Virus record (IMG/VR): IMGVR_UViG_3300037297_000231 | Span: 44-64,043 of that record | Direction: 5' to 3' (one strand) | Source of the DNA: a virus | Taxonomy: Duplodnaviria > Caudoviricetes | Length of the DNA: 64,000 nt | Part shown: in pieces, positions 60,928-64,000 of the stretch | How positions within the stretch are numbered: the first letter of the stretch is position 1 | Layout of the letters: each line of letters opens with the position of its first letter | Made by a program: the position numbers and the translations under genes | Notes under the pieces: model-generated | What the model was told of the DNA's origin: nothing | The model's database searches: none | The model's input: the letters and a program-made list of their open reading frames with translations, nothing else

Positions 60928-61299
60928 ATGAGAGAAATTAAATTTAGATGTTGGCATAAATCAACAAAAGATATGATATATCCTGATAGATTGAGAGAAT
61001 TAACAATGAATATGATGTCAGAAGATGACGAAGATATTTTAATGCAATACATTGATTTAAAAGATAAAAACGGCAAAGAAATATATGAAGGCGATATTAT
61101 AAAATATTATAATTCAATTGGAGAATATGGTATAGGAATAATTGAATCATTTTTTGATACTGTAAATTTACATTGCAGGTGGATTGAACAAAAAACAGAA
61201 AATCCCAGTCTTTTTACTTCTATTGATTATTTAGGCTGTTCTGAAGAAATTGAATTAATCGGCAATATATATGAAAATTCAGAATTATTAAGGAGTTAA
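60928..61299 (+). CDS. YopX family protein
   Basis: MREIKFR.W, LMQY..LKDKNGKEIYEGDI, IGNIYEN motifs. Confidence 0.9.
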   Translation: MREIKFRCWHKSTKDMIYPDRLRELTMNMMSEDDEDILMQYIDLKDKNGKEIYEGDIIKYYNSIGEYGIGIIESFFDTVNLHCRWIEQKTENPSLFTSIDYLGCSEEIELIGNIYENSELLRS

Positions 61300-61302
61300 G
61301 CC

Positions 61303-62073
61303 ATGACATTAAAGTATTATTTAACGTTAAGTAAAATGTTATTTATGATATTTGTACTTGTATTGATCTTTCAGTTTGATGTAAGCGTTGGGAATTATAA
61401 GTATAGATTAACGCAAGTGCAGAAAGAGAATAGGAAAATGCGAGAAGAAATACTTGTAATAGGCGGACAGGGTTTGAAAATGACTGAGGAAGAACGCCTA
61501 AATATAAATGAATTAGTTGAAAAATATCAGAAAAAAAGGGCATTAAATCAATATGACTGGCGATATAAAGAAATTGGTTATCCAGTAATTGATCCTAAAT
61601 TAGCTTATATTACATGTGAGGCAGGATGGAGAAAGATAAATAATGAATGGGAAAACGTAAAAAGCATTGATATAAAACAGGTGAATACCTTAAAAATTCC
61701 AGCTTCTATTAGTGGCTTTGCAAGAGTAAGCAAACATAAAGTATATGGTTATAATGTCCTTATTGAAGGCTTAGTTATAATGGCTAATGAACTTAATAAA
61801 AAAGAGATAAAAAGAGTGAAAATTAGAGTCTCTCATTTAAGTAAAATATATATAAATGATGGCCAGTGGATAAAAAAGGGTGATATTGTTGGATTACAGG
61901 GTTGTTCTGGAAGGGTGGCTATATATGATTATAGAAAAGATTGTTATAGAGAGATAACAGAATATGAAAGAAATATTGGGATGGGAATTCATCTTGATTT
62001 TGAATTATATATTGATGGATATTTAAGGAATCCTTTGGCTTCTAGCAAGAGAGGGCAATCAGTACCATTATAA
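61303..62073 (+). CDS. Membrane-anchored M23-like protein (degenerate active site)
   Basis: YG..V, SHLS.I.I..GQ.IKKGD.VG..G.SG, HLDFE, NP; HxxxD replaced by VKSID. Confidence 0.65.
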   Translation: MTLKYYLTLSKMLFMIFVLVLIFQFDVSVGNYKYRLTQVQKENRKMREEILVIGGQGLKMTEEERLNINELVEKYQKKRALNQYDWRYKEIGYPVIDPKLAYITCEAGWRKINNEWENVKSIDIKQVNTLKIPASISGFARVSKHKVYGYNVLIEGLVIMANELNKKEIKRVKIRVSHLSKIYINDGQWIKKGDIVGLQGCSGRVAIYDYRKDCYREITEYERNIGMGIHLDFELYIDGYLRNPLASSKRGQSVPL

Positions 62074-62255
62074 TTTTATAAAACAATTAAAGTATTAAAG
62101 GAGAATAAATGAAGAAAAAGGATTTTATGATTATTTGTATTCTTTATGTTTTAGTAGGAATAGCATATTTAATTCTTTTATTCATGTTTATGTGGATTCT
62201 CAAGATTACTATTGATGCTGGTGAGATAGGGCGAACATTATTCATTAGTTTTACA

Positions 62256-62339
62256 ATTTCTTGGTATATTTTTGGACTTATTTATTTTACTATTAAAATT
62301 ATTAAATTATTTAAAAAATTAAAGTTAAAGGAGAATAAA
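62256..62339 (+). repeat. 84-bp exact direct repeat, copy 2
   Basis: Identical to 1-84. Confidence 0.95.
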
Positions 62340-62529
62340 GAATGAAAGTATATGATATAGAAACTATATATACTTATGGCCAAAGACATAGTGTAGTCGC
62401 TGAAAATATGGCAGAAGCCGAAAGAATATTTTTAGCTAAATATTGGCCTACTGAAATTAAAAGTATTGCGTTGCATAGTTCTTATGTTCAAATACAAAAA
62501 TATGATGAACAGGCAAAGGAGAAGGATAA

Positions 62530-62928
62530 ATGAAGTATTTTATTTTAATTTTACTAAGTATTATGTTAATAAGTTGCCCTTTACAGCAAAGTGAGGACGG
62601 TGACGATGGCAAAGATGGTAAAACAATTATTCAAGAGAAAGAATTAACAACAGTATTGATTTATGAAGGTGAAGTACCTGCAGAAGAGCAAATTATTGAT
62701 TTATCTCAATATATATCAGAAGATCAAGAAATTTATTTAATTGTATACAACTTAGATGAAAAGAAATTATGCTGTTGCCCATTTGTATTTAATTTCCAGG
62801 TGGACAATTTCGACAAAGAGAGCTTTAAAATTAAGAATAGTCAACAGTTTAATCGAATAGTTACAAAGGATTCTAAAATTGGTTGGTCGGCATATGGACA
62901 AAGAATAAAAATTGAATTAAAATATTAA
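62530..62928 (+). CDS. Putative lipoprotein
   Basis: Lipobox MLISC, short DGKDG collagen-like linker. Confidence 0.55.
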   Translation: MKYFILILLSIMLISCPLQQSEDGDDGKDGKTIIQEKELTTVLIYEGEVPAEEQIIDLSQYISEDQEIYLIVYNLDEKKLCCCPFVFNFQVDNFDKESFKIKNSQQFNRIVTKDSKIGWSAYGQRIKIELKY

Positions 62929-62931
62929 ATA

Positions 62932-63052
62932 AATAGTTGCTATGTGGTGGAATAGAGACACACTTTAATTAAATTTTCGAATACGAAAACGGGGGCTGAT
63001 GGGTGGAGACTAATCAGCCGTGCAAGTATCGAATCTTGCCATAGCAACTATT
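62932..63052 (+). ncRNA. tRNA-like RNA lacking a canonical anticodon arm
   Basis: 13-bp AATAGTTGCTATG/CATAGCAACTATT acceptor, D-arm TGGTGGAATAGAGACAC, long GGCTGAT/ATCAGCC arm, T-arm GCAAG-TATCGAAT-CTTGC. Confidence 0.65.
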
Positions 63053-63293
63053 ATTATATATGAGGTGAAAGAATGAATGATAAAAAATATAATTTATTAA
63101 AAGAAAAATTTAATAATGCTAAAACTTCTAATGAATTATCTTTTGAAGAATTATTACAATATAATATTGAATATAATAAAAGAAATAAAAAGGTTATAAA
63201 AAAAGAAATTTTAGAGAATAAACCATTAATGAAGAAGATAAATAAAGCATGTAAAGAGTATATAAATATGTTGTATATTATATGAGGTGATAT

Positions 63294-63584
63294 ATGGATA
63301 TAAGCATTAAATTTAGGATAGAAGAAGACGAAAATATACCTGCATTTGCTGGTTTTGTAAAAGACTCTGTAAATAAAGGTGAAGCTATTTTTAAGGTTGC
63401 AATAAAGGCAACTTTATTAGCATGTGCAGAGCATGATATTGATTTCTACGAAATATTATCTGAAAATTGTGTACATGAATTATTACATGCTTTTCAAGAA
63501 TATTTTCATAAAACTTTTAATGAAAAAGAAATAGAAAATGCTATTTTACAAGCAAGGGAATTCTTAAAAGATGAATCAAATTAA
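63294..63584 (+). CDS. Small HExxH metallopeptidase-like protein
   Basis: VHELLHA motif. Confidence 0.45.
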   Translation: MDISIKFRIEEDENIPAFAGFVKDSVNKGEAIFKVAIKATLLACAEHDIDFYEILSENCVHELLHAFQEYFHKTFNEKEIENAILQAREFLKDESN

Positions 63585-64000
63585 ATGATAAGGATTAAAT
63601 AATGATAAGAGATATACAAATAATAGGTAAAAATGGCCATGTAACAAAGATGTTCTATTCAGAAGAAAATAAGAAATGGGCTTGTAATTTAGCAGAATGT
63701 TTTGATAAAGTTGTTTTTATTACTATTTCAACTGGATGGGTAAATAGAAGCGATTGGAGAAAATAATGTCAGATGATAGTTATTTGACTAAAGAAGTTTT
63801 AAAGGAGTTAAAATCAATGGAAAAAAGAAAAGAGCTTGAAATTAATTCTCAAGACGAGAAAATAATAAATAATTTTAAGGAAAATATAAATTTTGTATTA
63901 ATAGAGAGGGATTTAAAAAAAATAGCATCCTTGACAAATAGCTTTGCATTGTATATAAATACTATATTAGATATTAAGGAAAATAAGCTAAAATGAATGA

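Noticed and set aside
255-61543. Most minus-strand ORFs in the track (e.g. 2634-2816, 30139-30540, 37788-38192)
   Set aside because: Antisense shadows of well-supported + strand genes, without RBS or recognisable motifs.

Overview
This window is an essentially complete, very AT-rich tailed-phage genome read in standard code 11, with almost all genes on the + strand. The structural module is myovirus-like: small and large terminase, DUF1073-type portal, MuF head protein, DUF2213 protease/scaffold, major capsid, neck, DUF3383 sheath, tube, frameshifted tail chaperone, short tape measure, baseplate and fibre. It is followed by an M23 endolysin/lysis region and an early region (putative annealase, Cas4-like exonuclease, tRNAs, O-like initiator with iterons, DnaB, adenine MTase, SSB, RuvC). 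No integrase, repressor or DNA polymerase was recognised. About 13 kb of accessory genes split the head module, including glycosyltransferases, LicD, a cytidylyltransferase and SAM methyltransferases. The main finding sits inside that block: a stand-alone RAMP/Cas7-like gene plus a partner gene, interleaved with five non-coding tracts of strict 5-nt periodicity (near-constant NTT triplet + variable dinucleotide). This looks like a programmable RNA-guided module with a non-contiguous code and no CRISPR array. Also notable are four sequence-divergent copies of one RNA fold (a 5' segment pairing with the loop of a terminator hairpin), three tRNA-scaffold RNAs with remodelled arms, and an 84-bp repeat joining the window start to 62.3 kb. 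All family assignments come from motif recognition by eye; no database searches were run.
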